Below the pieces are notes generated by a model, which was given only the letters and a program-made list of their open reading frames with translations, searched no databases and was not told the DNA's origin. A stretch of DNA of 64,000 nucleotides from a virus (lineage: Duplodnaviria; Caudoviricetes), in IMG/VR virus record IMGVR_UViG_3300035208_002098, positions 1 to 64,000 of that record. One strand, 5' to 3'. Positions 62,331 through 64,000 of the stretch are shown one piece after another. Position 1 is the first letter of the stretch; every line of letters begins with the position of its first letter. A program made the position numbers and the translations under genes.

Positions 62331-63203
62331 TTATTTTTTTTCTGTAATATATTCATCCATTAGAAATGCCCCACATGAAGACCCAATATCTAGTCCCGGA
62401 GGGGTGTATATTTCATATTCAACACAAGATACATCAAATTTCTTCATAAAATATTCAACACTAGTTGATGCTTTATAGTTATTACTATCCTTTTCGTTAT
62501 AGTGTAAAAATTTAACATTAAAATTCGTGCACTCAAATAATACACCCAGAAGATATGCGTTTATTTGTTTATCATTAATATCCTTAATAAGAGCGTAATG
62601 TATTTCTACATCATTACCGGTATATGAATAAAAGAATTTAAGAGCTTCAATTGATGGGTCAATATTTAAAACTGCTGGCATCCATTCTCTTCTAGTTATA
62701 TCATCAGTATAATGAAGTGAAAAATGAAGTTTAACTTCCAAATTACGTTCTTTAACTAAGAAAACAAAGTTAAAAAAATCTCTAATATTTTTTTCCGGTA
62801 TACACGTAGCAACACCAAATTTAACAACACCATCTGTTGTATCTCTAATAAAACGCATTGATTCAATAACATTTTCAACATTAGCCATTGGTTCACCAAC
62901 ACCCATATATGATATTAATAACGGTATATTATTATCTTTTAAATTCAAATTACTATATATGAATTTAATCCCGTCTGATATTTCAAGTGCCGATAAATTT
63001 CGTACCTTTATTTTACCAATAAAATCTGTTGTATGGCAAAATTTGCAACCTAAGTTACACATTGTTTGACACGGCACACAAATAATATCTTTACCATCAT
63101 TTTTATTTATGTATGTGAATTCAACTACACGATTATCGTCTGTTAAAAAAACGTATTTTATCGCATTATCCGTTTGTGATTCTACTTTTTTACTTAATTC
63201 CAT
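62331..63203 (-). CDS. RlmN/Cfr-like radical SAM RNA methyltransferase
   Basis: C.LGCKFC cluster motif, MGVGEP, SLH and C-terminal DIGSSCG catalytic Cys. Confidence 0.8.
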   Translation of the reverse strand: MELSKKVESQTDNAIKYVFLTDDNRVVEFTYINKNDGKDIICVPCQTMCNLGCKFCHTTDFIGKIKVRNLSALEISDGIKFIYSNLNLKDNNIPLLISYMGVGEPMANVENVIESMRFIRDTTDGVVKFGVATCIPEKNIRDFFNFVFLVKERNLEVKLHFSLHYTDDITRREWMPAVLNIDPSIEALKFFYSYTGNDVEIHYALIKDINDKQINAYLLGVLFECTNFNVKFLHYNEKDSNNYKASTSVEYFMKKFDVSCVEYEIYTPPGLDIGSSCGAFLMDEYITEKK

Positions 63204-63204
63204 A

Positions 63205-63762
63205 TTATTTTTCTTTACTTAGTTCAAATAATTTATTTTGTAATATTTTTTTACCTCTATGATATTGAGATTTTGATGTAGATACTGTGATACCTAAAAT
63301 TTCAGCTATTTCTTTATGTTTATAACCTTCGATAGCATATAAATTAAATATTGTTTTAGTACCTTGTGGTAATACTTTTAATGTACTTAATAGTTCCTCT
63401 AAAGTAAAATCAGACTCTTTAATATCAATATCTTTAATCGTTGATTCATTAATTTCAGTAATATCTTCTTGATTATAATGTTTTAGCTGGAGATTATAAT
63501 TTGTTATTGCTGTATTAACAATAATTCTTTTAACCCATCCATCAAAAGAATTACCTTTATTGAATTGTCTTAAATTTGAAAATATTTTAATAAACCCATC
63601 TTGAAGTATATCATTAGCTTCATCAGAATCTTTGGCATATCTAAGACAAATAGAATATAATTTACTACTATATAAATCATATATCTTCTTCTGCGATATT
63701 CTATCATTATTAATAGAGCCAGATATTAAATCATTTAATTCAACCATATTATTTATTCTCAA
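63205..63762 (-). CDS. ECF (sigma70 group 4) RNA polymerase sigma factor
   Basis: DILQDGFIKIF, FDGWVKRIIVNTAI and EGYKHKEIAEILGI...TSKSQ. Confidence 0.92.
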   Translation of the reverse strand: MRINNMVELNDLISGSINNDRISQKKIYDLYSSKLYSICLRYAKDSDEANDILQDGFIKIFSNLRQFNKGNSFDGWVKRIIVNTAITNYNLQLKHYNQEDITEINESTIKDIDIKESDFTLEELLSTLKVLPQGTKTIFNLYAIEGYKHKEIAEILGITVSTSKSQYHRGKKILQNKLFELSKEK

Positions 63763-64000
63763 TTATAGTATAATTTTCTGATATATTATCATCTAGTTTT
63801 TTAATACAATCCAATAGCAAATATAGATATTCGAAACTAGAATAATCTAATTCACTTACATTTTCTAGTTGAAACTCAAGAGCTTCTACTACAATACCAT
63901 TACCAGTATCAATGGCAGTAATTAATTTGGTATTACGAAAATGTTGAGCCCAAATATCTGATTTACTTGATTTAAGAGTATACTTAGTTTGTTTAGTCTC

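Noticed and set aside
1-64000. Stop-codon reassignment explaining the short ORFs
   Set aside because: Recognisable genes are full length in the standard code and ORFs abut with their own starts.

Overview
Very AT-rich, almost entirely minus-strand segment of a large (jumbo-type) phage. The host is most likely a Bacteroidota member, because TTG/TTTG(-33)...TAnnTTTG(-7) promoters precede many genes. 1-9.3 kb is an early-gene-like block with roughly one promoter per gene. 9.3-10.46 kb is a non-coding control region with a parS-like palindrome and mini-hairpin repeats. The rest is mostly small hypothetical ORFs, some host-like enzymes (CoaE, ACP, NUDIX, LOG, CorA, M42 peptidase, RlmN-like radical SAM, ECF sigma factor) and two TnpB genes. 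The standout locus is one minus-strand unit at 25279-27630: promoter, boxA, CRISPR array (36-nt repeats, 30-nt spacers), an anti-repeat fused to an omegaRNA scaffold, and an intact IscB, with no cas1/cas2/cas9 in the window. Five solitary variant copies of the same repeat are dispersed elsewhere. Three of them lie within, and one just upstream of, two boxA-associated non-coding clusters that also encode oversized tRNA-like RNAs. An attC-like two-cassette array lies at 54.7-55.5 kb. All calls come from reading the sequence by eye; no searches were run.
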